The position numbers and the translations under genes were made by a program. The notes beneath the pieces are model-generated. The model was not told the DNA's origin, made no database searches, and was given only the letters and a program-made list of their open reading frames with translations. Source: an uncultured bacterium (lineage in GTDB: Bacteria; Zixibacteria; MSB-5A5; CAIYYT01). Taken from it: a DNA stretch of 64,000 nt. Shown in pieces: positions 40,544 to 49,627 of this stretch. The DNA is taken from the NCBI GenBank assembly GCA_963726455.1, contig CAVSCK010000005.1, positions 576,001 to 640,000 of the forward strand, written 5' to 3'. Positions within the stretch are counted from its first letter, which is position 1, and the number at the start of each line of letters is the position of its first letter.

Positions 40544-40924
40544 ATGAATATCCCTGAAGGCTTGAAATACACACGCGAGCATGAATGGGTCAAGGTAGAA
40601 AATAACGTGGCGGTGGTCGGCATTACCGATTACGCCCAGGGGGAACTGGGAGACATCGTTTTTGTGGAACTCCCGACAGTGGGCAAACAGTTCAAGCAGA
40701 TGGATGCGTTCGGAACCATCGAGGCCGTGAAAGCGGTCAGCGAAATGTTCACGCCGTTGTCAGGCGTGGTTAAGGAAACCAACAAGGCGTTGGAAAAGGA
40801 CTCGACGGTTATCAATAGAGACCCGTACGGCGACGGCTGGATTATCAAGGTCGAGAAGTTTGATCCCGCCGAGATCAATTCGCTGTTGGACGCCGCCAGT
40901 TACCGCAAACTGTTAGAGGAATAA
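40544..40924 (+). CDS. gcvH: Glycine cleavage system H protein
   Basis: YTREHEW, GITDYAQGELGDIVFVELP, IEAVKAVSE lipoyl Lys, DPYGDGW. Confidence 0.97.
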   Translation: MNIPEGLKYTREHEWVKVENNVAVVGITDYAQGELGDIVFVELPTVGKQFKQMDAFGTIEAVKAVSEMFTPLSGVVKETNKALEKDSTVINRDPYGDGWIIKVEKFDPAEINSLLDAASYRKLLEE

Positions 40925-40928
40925 CTAT

Positions 40929-42290
40929 ATGACATTCGTGCCTCACTCCGATCGTGAGCGTCAGGAGATGCTGCGCGAGATCGGAGTCAGCCGCTTTGAA
41001 GAGTTGCTTGCGGGCATTCCGGAAGAGCTGCGGCTGAAAGAACCGTTGGATCTGCCTGAGCCGCTCTCGGAATTCGAGACGGTGAAGATTATGGCGGAGC
41101 TGGCTGCAAAGAATCACACGACAGCCGACTTCGCCAATTTCATGGGCGCGGGCGCTTACGATCATTTTATTCCGGCGATTGTCGGCCATCTCACCGACCG
41201 TTCGGAATTCAAGACTGCCTATACTCCCTATCAGGCGGAAGTGTCGCAAGGAACGCTGCAGGGAATCTACGAATTTCAGTCGTCAATCTGCCGGCTGACC
41301 GGAATGGATGTTGCCAACGCGTCGATGTACGACGGCGCCTCAGCGGCGGCCGAGGCGGTGCAGTTGGCGCTCAATGTTACGAGCCGCCGGAAGGTGGTGG
41401 TGTCCACGCTGGTGCATCCGCATTATGTCGACAGCATCAGGATGTATCTGGGCGGAGAAGATATCGAGATCGTCAAAGTCAGACATGACAACGGAATCAT
41501 CGATGTCGACGACTTACGCGCCAGGATAAAGGACGCCGCCTGCTTCGTGATGCAGAATCCCAATTTCTTTGGCATCATCGAACCGACGGATGACTTGGCG
41601 AAGATCGTGAAGGAGTCGGGCGCGCTTCTAATTGCCGTAACTAATCCTATTGCGTTGGCGTATCTGAAGACACCGGGAGAATTCGGCGCCGATGTCTGTG
41701 TCGGCGAAGGACAGCCCCTGGGAAATAGTTTGAATTTCGGCGGACCGTATTTTGGTTTCTTTGCCACGCGAAAGGAATATGTCCGCCAATTGCCGGGTCG
41801 GCTGACGGCAATGACAAAAGACAAGAACGGCAAGCGCGGTTTTTGCCTGACGTTACAAACTCGCGAGCAGCATATCCGCCGCGACAAGGCGACCTCGAAT
41901 ATTTGCACGAACGAAGCGTTGTGTGCACTGGCCGGGACGATATATATGGCGGCATTGGGCAAGGAAGGCCTGAAAGAAGTGGCGCGGCTCTGTTTCAACA
42001 AGGCGCACTATCTGAAAGAACAACTTTGTACGATACCGGGAGTCAAACTGGCTCACGATCGGCCGTTCTTTATGGAATTTGTCCTGAAGTTCCCGACGCC
42101 GGCCAAGGATGTCTTCGATCGCCTGGTTGAGCGCAAAATCTTTGCCGGAGTGCCGACGGCCAGATTCTTGTGGGAAGATGATTGTCTTATAGTGTGCGCT
42201 ACAGAAAAGCGTACCAAAAACGAAATTGATTTTTACCGAGACTCATTGCGAGAGGTGATGGTTCAAAATGCCGTTCTGTCCAAACTGTGA
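40929..42290 (+). CDS. gcvPA: Glycine dehydrogenase subunit A
   Basis: FMGAGAYDH, TAYTPYQAEVSQG, NASMYDGA, LQTREQHIRRDKATSNICTN. Confidence 0.97.
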   Translation: MTFVPHSDRERQEMLREIGVSRFEELLAGIPEELRLKEPLDLPEPLSEFETVKIMAELAAKNHTTADFANFMGAGAYDHFIPAIVGHLTDRSEFKTAYTPYQAEVSQGTLQGIYEFQSSICRLTGMDVANASMYDGASAAAEAVQLALNVTSRRKVVVSTLVHPHYVDSIRMYLGGEDIEIVKVRHDNGIIDVDDLRARIKDAACFVMQNPNFFGIIEPTDDLAKIVKESGALLIAVTNPIALAYLKTPGEFGADVCVGEGQPLGNSLNFGGPYFGFFATRKEYVRQLPGRLTAMTKDKNGKRGFCLTLQTREQHIRRDKATSNICTNEALCALAGTIYMAALGKEGLKEVARLCFNKAHYLKEQLCTIPGVKLAHDRPFFMEFVLKFPTPAKDVFDRLVERKIFAGVPTARFLWEDDCLIVCATEKRTKNEIDFYRDSLREVMVQNAVLSKL

Positions 42291-42636
42291 GACCGAGTAT
42301 AAGGGTCATGTCTCTGTTTGTCCGGAATGTGGAGAGCATCTCATCGACACGTCCGTGGAAGATTTGGACGACCTGTCGGATGAGATGGAAGATGACATGG
42401 TCCTGCTGTATCGCTCCGCCAGCCGCGCCAATTCGGACGCTCTGATGGATGCGCTGAGGGATGCGGGAATCAACTATGTGTTTAAGGCGGCTGAGGATGC
42501 CGGTCCGCGGTCGAAGAAGGGCCTCTATCGTACGGCCTTTGTCGACGGAGAATTCTTCGTAAACGAAGAGGACTTTGATAATGCCAAGGAGGTCGCGGAG
42601 TCGATACTGGGCGATCTCGAAGAAGATCTGGAATAA
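42268..42636 (+). CDS. Zinc-ribbon plus DUF2007-like (putative signal-transducing) protein, paralog 1
   Basis: MPFCPNCETEY....CPECG; LMDALRDAGI...FFVNEEDFDNAKE. Confidence 0.8.
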   Translation: MPFCPNCETEYKGHVSVCPECGEHLIDTSVEDLDDLSDEMEDDMVLLYRSASRANSDALMDALRDAGINYVFKAAEDAGPRSKKGLYRTAFVDGEFFVNEEDFDNAKEVAESILGDLEEDLE

Positions 42637-42681
42637 CCTCGTCGAAGTACGGCGAGCCGGATCGATAACCTAAGGAGCTTT

Positions 42682-43119
42682 ATGCCGCATTGCCCCAAGT
42701 GCAAGCGTGAAATCACCGATGAGAACACCTACTGTCCCGACTGCGGTACGCGGTTGGTGATGAGTCTGCCTGTGGAAAGCAGCTCAAACGACGACAGTGT
42801 TGACGCAATCTTGCTGTTGAAGGCGAACAACAGTCTGCAGGCAGAACTGCTGGCTTCGGCGTTGGAAGAAGAAGGGATTCCGTTTCTGGCCAAGGGACTG
42901 GGAATCGTTGACGGTTTGGGAGGAGTCGGAGGCGGAGATGTGATGTCCGGCGCATTTTCATCGCCACGTGCGGTGGAGATCTGGGTGAATCCGCGCGACC
43001 TTGACCGCGCCAAGGAACTGATGGCGGCGCAGAGCGGAAGCGAGTTGGGAGAGGACGAATCCGTGGAAAGTAGCGAGGAAAATTCTGATTCCGGGTCTAA
43101 TCGCCCGAAGAAAGGGTGA
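42682..43119 (+). CDS. Zinc-ribbon plus DUF2007-like protein, paralog 2
   Basis: HCPKC...YCPDCG; AELLASALEEEGIP...IWVNPRDLDRAKELM. Confidence 0.82.
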   Translation: MPHCPKCKREITDENTYCPDCGTRLVMSLPVESSSNDDSVDAILLLKANNSLQAELLASALEEEGIPFLAKGLGIVDGLGGVGGGDVMSGAFSSPRAVEIWVNPRDLDRAKELMAAQSGSELGEDESVESSEENSDSGSNRPKKG

Positions 43120-43130
43120 CAAGGTAGAAC

Positions 43131-43547
43131 ATGCACTATTGCCCGCAATGCAGATATGAATACCAGCAGTCGGTGAAGACCTGTCCCGACTGCGGTTCGA
43201 GGATCATCGACGGTGAAATGCCGGACCTGGGTGTCGAAACGGAAGAACAGAAGCGCGTAAACGAAGAAGACGCGGTGGCGCTTTTTGAAAGCGCGGATTA
43301 CATAAAAGTGCGATTTCTGCAGGATCTGCTTGAACAGGAAGGGATTGCCTTCTTCGCAAAGAAGTACGGAAGGGTCGAGCCCTCGGAGCTTTATACGGGC
43401 GCCCAAACCTCATCGCCTGCGGTAGGCGATTTCACCGGAATCTTTGTCGCGCCCGGTGATCTGCCGCGTGCAAAAGAGCTGTTGCAGGAATTGGAGAATA
43501 GCAAGCCGGTTGATGAGGATGATGCTCCTTCCGAGGAAGAGAAATAG
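43131..43547 (+). CDS. Zinc-ribbon plus DUF2007-like protein, paralog 3
   Basis: YCPQCRYEY....CPDCG; LQDLLEQEGI...IFVAPGDLPRAKELL. Confidence 0.82.
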   Translation: MHYCPQCRYEYQQSVKTCPDCGSRIIDGEMPDLGVETEEQKRVNEEDAVALFESADYIKVRFLQDLLEQEGIAFFAKKYGRVEPSELYTGAQTSSPAVGDFTGIFVAPGDLPRAKELLQELENSKPVDEDDAPSEEEK

Positions 43548-43556
43548 AGTTAGACA

Positions 43557-43985
43557 TTGCATTACTGTCCGGAGTGCCGATACGAATATAAGCTGCATGT
43601 GACCGTCTGTCCTGATTGTGGGACGACGCTGGTTGACGGTGAAATGCCCGACCGGAAGGTTACTGAGACAGTGGCGCAAAGCCGCGAGAATGAAGCGGAC
43701 GCTGTGATACTTCTGGAGAGCTCAGATTACCTGAAGCTGCGATTCCTGCAGGATTTGCTCGAACAGGAAGGAATTCCCTTCTCCGCGAAGAAATACACGC
43801 AATACGGAGGCGTTGAGACCTCAACACTTTACACGGGAATCCAATTCTCGTCGTTAACGGTTGGCGGTCTGGCCAGAATCTTCGTGGCCCCCGGCGATTT
43901 TGCGCGGGCGAAAGAGCTGCTGAAGGAATTGGAAGATAGCAAACCGATTGAAGATGAAGATACTCCCTCTGAGGAAGAGAAATAG
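43557..43985 (+). CDS. Zinc-ribbon plus DUF2007-like protein, paralog 4 (recent duplicate of paralog 3; TTG start)
   Basis: YCPECRYEY....CPDCG; near-identical tail PSEEEK. Confidence 0.82.
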   Translation: MHYCPECRYEYKLHVTVCPDCGTTLVDGEMPDRKVTETVAQSRENEADAVILLESSDYLKLRFLQDLLEQEGIPFSAKKYTQYGGVETSTLYTGIQFSSLTVGGLARIFVAPGDFARAKELLKELEDSKPIEDEDTPSEEEK

Positions 43986-44825
43986 ATGAAATACATAATC
44001 GTGTTATTTGCGCTGCTGTTGGCGCTGTGGCTGCCGGCAAAGGCGACTCAGACGATCGGCGATCTGAAGCTGGCGACGAATTTCGATTCGTTGATGACCC
44101 AGGCGCAGCAATCGCAGAAGGTGATCGTCCTGGAATGGTATACCGATTGGTGAGTGTGGTGTGGGAGAATGGCAGATTCGACACTGCCTGATTCCTACGT
44201 TCAGAAGTTTCTGAACAACTTTGAAATTGGAAAGATCAATGCGGAAGTCGATACCGTGACGGCGGCGCGCTACGGCGTCAGAAGTTATCCCACCATAACG
44301 ATTCTCAAACCCAACGGAGTTGAGATCGACCGCCTGGTGGGGTACTATCAGCCGGCAGAGTTCGTCGGTGGAATTGTCAATGCGCTGTCTGGGATAGGCA
44401 CGCTGGAGGATTTGCTGAACAAACTGGCTGCCAAACCAAAGGATGCGGATTTGTTGTTCGAGGTGGGACAGAAATATCGCTGGCGCGGTGACTATGACAA
44501 AGCCGCGGCATACTTTCAGCAGGTGATGGCGCTGGATCGCGACAATGCCAAGAAGCTGGCGGCGCAGGCGGCTTTCAATCTCGGACACATGCAGTACAAG
44601 GACAAAAACTATCCGGCGGCGGTCGCGCTGTGGCAGAACCTGAGGAAATCATATCCGCAGGATTCCAACAGCATGGAAGCGGCATTGATGATTGGTGTGG
44701 CGTACCAGAAGGCCAATGATTTCAAGAACGCCAAAGTGACTTTCAGGCAGTTCCTGAAGGAGCATCCCGATACGGAAGAAAAGGATTGGATTAACGAGCA
44801 GTTAGCCAAGATGGAGAAGAAATAG
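43986..44825 (+). CDS. Exported thioredoxin-fold plus TPR selenoprotein (Sec at codon 56, TGA 44151-44153), 279 aa
   Basis: ATG 43986 starts a signal peptide that reads in frame to LEWYTDW-TGA-VWCGRM, a W-U-x-x-C motif; downstream INAE..YGVRSYPT..GVEIDRLVGY is thioredoxin-like, followed by TPRs; SECIS-like hairpin after the TGA. Confidence 0.85.
44167..44194 (+). promoter_or_regulatory. Candidate bacterial SECIS element
   Basis: GAAT-GGCAG-[ATTCGACA]-CTGCC-TG-ATTC hairpin starting 13 nt after the in-frame UGA. Confidence 0.6.
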
Positions 44826-44831
44826 ATAGCG

Positions 44832-46287
44832 ATGAAGAATCCCGATAGTCCTCTGATTTTCGAACTGTCGTGCGAGGGCGAGAAGGGATATTCGCTGCCC
44901 GAAGTGCGATGTGCCGGAACTGCCGCTGGAGAAGCTGATCGGCGCCGCGAATCTGCGCGCCAAAGATGCAGCGCTGCCGGAGGTTCCCGAGAATGAAGTC
45001 GTCCGGCATTATATCCGGCTGTCGAATATGAATCACCATATCGACAAGGCGATTTATCCGCTCGGCAGTTGCACGATGAAGTACAACCCCAAGGTCAATG
45101 AAAAGACGGCGGCCGATCCGGGTTGGACGGAATTACATCCATTCCAGCCGGCGCGAACGGCGCAGGGCGCGTTGCAACTGATGTATGAGTTGGGTCGGAT
45201 GCTGGCCGAGGTTGCCGGAATGGACGAAGTCACTCTGCAGCCGGTCGCGGGTGCCCAAGGTGAGTTCACCGGAATCCAACTGGCGAAGGCATATTTCAAA
45301 CATAAGGGTGAGAATCGTCTCAACGTGATTATGCCCGATTCGGCTCACGGGACCAATCCGGCCTCGGTGACGATGTCCGGATACAAGCCGACGCAGATCA
45401 AGTCGAGCGAGCAGGGAATTCTCGATCCGGCGGAATTGGAGAAGCTGCTCGACGACAAGACGGCGTTGGTCATGCTGACGAATCCGAATACGCTGGGCCT
45501 GTTCGAGCGCCAGATTTTGCGGGTGGCGGAATTGGCGCACCGCAAGGGCGCATTGATGTATATGGACGGCGCGAATCTGAATGCCTTGATGGGAATAGCG
45601 CGGCCGGGTGACATGGGATTCGATATTCTGCATATTAATTTGCACAAGACCTTCGCAACTCCGCATGGCGGTGGTGGTCCGGGTGGCGGCGCAGTCGGAG
45701 TCAAGAAACTGCTGGAGCCATACCTGCCGCTGCCGATCGTCTGCAAAGACGAAAAGCAGTATTACTTCGACTACGATCGTCCGCTGTCGATCGGCCGGAT
45801 GCATAGTTTCTACGGCAATTTCGGCATGATGGTGCGGGCGTATACCTATATCCTGATGCATGGCGGCAAAGGACTGCGTGACGTTTCCGAAGCGGCGATT
45901 CTCAACGCCAACTATCTGAAAGAGAAGCTGCGCAAGCGGTACAAACTGGCGTACGATTTTGTTTGCCAGCACGAGTTCGTGCTGTCGGGCGACAACCAGA
46001 AGAAGCTCGGCGTCAAGACGATTGACATTGCCAAGCGGCTCTTGGACTATGGCGTGCATGCGCCGACGACCTATTTCCCGTTGATTGTGTCGGAAGCGCT
46101 GATGATCGAGCCGACCGAGACCGAGAACAAACGGTCACTGGATGAATTCGTGAGGATCATGCTGGCGATTGCAGACGAAGTCGAAACCAACCCGGAGATC
46201 GTCAAGAATGCGCCGCAAAACACGCCGGTAGCGCGCTTGGATGAAGTCTACGCCGCGAGAGAGTTGAATGTAGCGTATCGGGGGTAG
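44832..46287 (+). CDS. gcvPB: Glycine dehydrogenase subunit B (+1 indel near 44900)
   Basis: [20 protein letters not shown] from ATG 44832, continuing in the ORF 44911-46287 frame; [37 protein letters not shown]. Confidence 0.96.
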
Positions 46288-46308
46288 GTAAATTCTGCTA
46301 TGTTCTTG

Positions 46309-46339
46309 AAAGGCAGGAGCCAACGGCTCCTGCCTTTTT
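46309..46339 (+). terminator. Rho-independent terminator after gcvPB
   Basis: AAAGGCAGGAGCC-AAC-GGCTCCTGCCTTT followed by a T run. Confidence 0.85.
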
Positions 46340-46435
46340 CGTTTGTGAAGAAAGTTGCCGATACAGCGCAAATGTGATTGACGACAAGTTATTCAATTAA
46401 CATATTGTCGGAAAACTAGCGTCCGTGGGAAAGTA

Positions 46436-47392
46436 ATGAGACCTGAAGCAAGAGTCTTCCTCTCGACAGTAATAATCTGCGGCAGTATCGGACTGGCGGG
46501 GTTCTTGTTGTACCTGGTATTAGCAGACGGATTTCACATCACTGATATAGAGAGTATCAGATATGGTATTATATTTGTGGCCGCCGCTTTTGCAGTGTCG
46601 CTGCCACGCGTCTTCAGGATTTTGAATGCAAGTGTCACTCGGCCGATAGTTTCAGTTTCTCCCGAGTCCGTGCCACTGCAGCGGAGATCTAATAGGCGGA
46701 TGCTCTTACTCCTCGCAGCGACTCTTGCCTCATTTACAATTGGCGCGATACTATTCAAGAGTCCGAGAACCATGACGTGGGGAAGTCCCTTCATTTTCGC
46801 AGCAGTGATTTTCGGCTTCCTTTTCCTGAGGGCATTGCGCAAGGCCGGCGATACACAGCAATCTCGGCTGTTGAAAGGGACCGCCGCGACAGAAGAAGTG
46901 CTGAGTAAAAGCGGGACCCTTGGTAGACGCCGATGGTTGCCTCTGATTCTTCCGGCGGGCGTCATGTGCGCATCTCTACTTGCCATGATTGTCTTTCGCG
47001 ACCTGTTCGCACGGAGCTTCTCGTTTCGCCTTTGCTTTGTGATTGTGTTCATGGCCAGTGTGACCTTCTGGATCCTGGCTAGACGCCGCCAGACAGATCC
47101 GCTCAGAATTGCCAAGGATGCGCAAGCCGACGGCCCTCAGAATGCTCGGCTGCTCATCCTGATGTCCGCCAGAAGTGCTGTCTGGTACTGCATGGCGTTG
47201 CAGGCAATCTTACAGGTTGGATCGTTGGTGCTGTTTGCTTTCCTCTATTTGAGCGTTGTGAAGTCTGTCACTTGGTATGCTGTCATAGCGGTTGCCAGTT
47301 ATGTGGTATCTCTTCTATTTGGGTGGTTCTTGGCTAAGCGCGCGGTAGCAACTTTACAGGCGCTAAACGTGTTGCCAAGAGCGGAGTACTAG
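46436..47392 (+). CDS. Hypothetical polytopic membrane protein (four helical-hairpin units)
   Basis: 318-aa ORF with eight hydrophobic segments in pairs separated by basic loops. Confidence 0.65.
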   Translation: MRPEARVFLSTVIICGSIGLAGFLLYLVLADGFHITDIESIRYGIIFVAAAFAVSLPRVFRILNASVTRPIVSVSPESVPLQRRSNRRMLLLLAATLASFTIGAILFKSPRTMTWGSPFIFAAVIFGFLFLRALRKAGDTQQSRLLKGTAATEEVLSKSGTLGRRRWLPLILPAGVMCASLLAMIVFRDLFARSFSFRLCFVIVFMASVTFWILARRRQTDPLRIAKDAQADGPQNARLLILMSARSAVWYCMALQAILQVGSLVLFAFLYLSVVKSVTWYAVIAVASYVVSLLFGWFLAKRAVATLQALNVLPRAEY

Positions 47393-47434
47393 GAGTGTCA
47401 TTCCGAATGCCGGCGAGACGGCAAGGAGTGGATC

Positions 47435-47839
47435 ATGCAACACATTTCTATAGACAAAACCAAACAAGAAATTTGGCAGACCATTCAGTCCCTCAATCGC
47501 GCCTGGACGACGGGCAAATGCAATGACCTGAGAGAATACTTCTATGAGGATATGGTCGCGATCACGCCGGTTGATCGGGAGCGTCGCGAAGGGCGGCAGG
47601 CATGTATTGACGGCTGGGCGGGATTTGTCGCGGCGACTACCAAGATTCATTACTGGAAAGAAATCGATCCCAAGATTCAGCTTTATGGCAACAGCGCGGT
47701 CGTGACATATTACTTCGACATGTCCTACGATATGGGCGGGCAGACGATCCACTCCGAAGGGCGTGACATGCTTGTTATGGTCAAAGAAAATGGCAGATGG
47801 TGGGCGGTGGCGGATCAGTTTTCGATGTTTCCAAAATAG
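47435..47839 (+). CDS. NTF2-like (DUF4440/SnoaL) protein
   Basis: LNRAW..G, EGR, IQLYGNSAVVTY, GRD..V.VKENGRW. Confidence 0.85.
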   Translation: MQHISIDKTKQEIWQTIQSLNRAWTTGKCNDLREYFYEDMVAITPVDRERREGRQACIDGWAGFVAATTKIHYWKEIDPKIQLYGNSAVVTYYFDMSYDMGGQTIHSEGRDMLVMVKENGRWWAVADQFSMFPK

Positions 47840-47846
47840 CAGTGTT

Positions 47847-47893
47847 CCCTCACCCCCAACCCCTCTCCCAAAGGGCGAGGGGAGAACCTTCGA
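47847..47893. repeat. CCCTCACCC...CCCTCTCCC..GGGCGAGGGG palindromic repeat copy
   Basis: Near-identical to the copies at 21948 and 12728; degenerate copy near 33270. Confidence 0.75.
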
Positions 47894-47926
47894 CGGCGCT
47901 GTATTTCTGACGCCATTTCCATTATC

Positions 47927-49435
47927 TTGGCCGGTACTATGGCAACGAGTGTCGACCGAGGCGAAATGATTCGATTTCGTGATGTCGGTTTTGCCTACCC
48001 GAACGGCTCACCGGTTATCAATAGACTGACACTGGAAATCAAGAAGGGGGAACGTGTCTGTCTGTTCGGGCGCAACGGGACGGGGAAATCAACGCTGCTG
48101 AAGTTGATCGCAGGGCTGCTATTGCCAAGTACAGGCGAGATCGCCATCGACGGAATTCTGACGACAGATCAAAAGCATCTTCCGGAAATACGGCGCAGAG
48201 TCGGATTCATATTTCAGAATCCGGAGGATCAGATTGTCGCCACCAGTGTCGAGGCGGACATTGCCTTCACGCTGGAGAATCTTGGCGTTGAACAAAAGCT
48301 CATGCAGGACAAAGTCGGCAGGTGCGCAGAGAAGTTCGGGCTTGGCGGAATGCTGAAACGCCATCCGTTGGCGCTGTCGGCGGGCGAGAAACAGCGTACA
48401 GCGCTGGCAGGCGTGATGGTGGTTGAGCCGGAAATTCTGCTGTTGGATGAACCAACCTCGTTCCTCGATTTTCGCGGGCGGCAGACTCTGTTTGATCTCG
48501 TCTCTTCATCGCGGGAACAGACTGTGATCGCAGCGACGCAGTATGTTTCCGAGGTACAGAAATATGATCGCGTGATCTTGCTGGATAGGGGCGGATATGC
48601 CTTCGACGGCACACGAGACGAATTTGAAAGAACAGATGCATGGAGAGATATGTCGGCAGTTGTGGCGCGTAGGGGCATGGTCTCCGTGCATGTCGAAGTC
48701 GGCGAGGAGACCTCGCTCCGACAAGGGCCGGTGATTGAAATGCGCGGCGTGACGTTTGGGTATGTTACGGAAAAGCGCGTGTTACAGAGTGTCGATGTAA
48801 GCGTGGCGAACAATAGGATAAGTGCGGTGCTGGGAGATTCGGGTTGTGGCAAGACCACGTTGGCGTTGCTGCTGGCCGGGTTGGTTGATCCTGCTGACGG
48901 TACAATGCTACTTCAGGGACGAGAAGTCGACTCGAAAGAGCTGATGAAGAATGTGGCGGTGCTGTTTCAATTTCCGGAAGCGAGTTTTTTTGCCGACACC
49001 GCGCGCGAGGAAGTTGCCTTTGGTATCAAGCCATTACGATTGTCCGACGCTGACACGACAGACAGAGTGCGCGGAGCTTTGGCGCTGGTCGGAATGGACT
49101 ATGATAAGTTTGCTGAACGCAACCCGTTTACGCTGTCTGCGGGCGAGCGGAGAAGAGTCGCAATCGCCTCGGCGCTGATTATGGAGCGGCCGATTATCGT
49201 GTTCGACGAAACCACGCTGGGGTTGGATTGGGACGGCAGGCGCGCGATGGTCAAGCTGGTTTGTGACCTGCGGAATGCCGGGAAGACGATTGTGTTGATG
49301 ACGCATGACCTGGAATTCGTGAAGCAAACTGCGGATGAGATGATATTGATGGATCAGGGTAAAGTCGTGTGGCAGGGGCCGCTTGATGATCGCGATAGGC
49401 CGCAGAAATTCCTGCAAGAGCACTTCGGCGTATAG
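47927..49435 (+). CDS. ECF-transporter-type ATPase with two fused ABC domains
   Basis: GRNGTGKST / FQNPEDQ / LSAGEKQR / LLDEP and GDSGCGKTT / FQFPE / LSAGERRR / THD. Confidence 0.88.
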   Translation: MAGTMATSVDRGEMIRFRDVGFAYPNGSPVINRLTLEIKKGERVCLFGRNGTGKSTLLKLIAGLLLPSTGEIAIDGILTTDQKHLPEIRRRVGFIFQNPEDQIVATSVEADIAFTLENLGVEQKLMQDKVGRCAEKFGLGGMLKRHPLALSAGEKQRTALAGVMVVEPEILLLDEPTSFLDFRGRQTLFDLVSSSREQTVIAATQYVSEVQKYDRVILLDRGGYAFDGTRDEFERTDAWRDMSAVVARRGMVSVHVEVGEETSLRQGPVIEMRGVTFGYVTEKRVLQSVDVSVANNRISAVLGDSGCGKTTLALLLAGLVDPADGTMLLQGREVDSKELMKNVAVLFQFPEASFFADTAREEVAFGIKPLRLSDADTTDRVRGALALVGMDYDKFAERNPFTLSAGERRRVAIASALIMERPIIVFDETTLGLDWDGRRAMVKLVCDLRNAGKTIVLMTHDLEFVKQTADEMILMDQGKVVWQGPLDDRDRPQKFLQEHFGV

Positions 49436-49627
49436 ATTCCCCTAAGTGATTAAAACGGTTGGCTCAAGACGGCGAAGTTATTAGCTTGGAACGGGAAATA
49501 TGCCCGTGCTTAAAATGTATATAGCTTGAGAGCGTATTTTATCACGTCAAGGAGCATTTGCCGTCTCGAAGGCAGGCAATGTATCGCAGGGCCATTAGGA
49601 AGTCATTGATAAGGTTGCGAGGAATTC

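Noticed and set aside
44154-44825. 223-aa TPR protein starting at GTG 44154, with the upstream part as a separate peptide or pseudogene
   Set aside because: That start falls inside the thioredoxin active-site motif; the in-frame signal peptide and SECIS-like hairpin favour UGA readthrough
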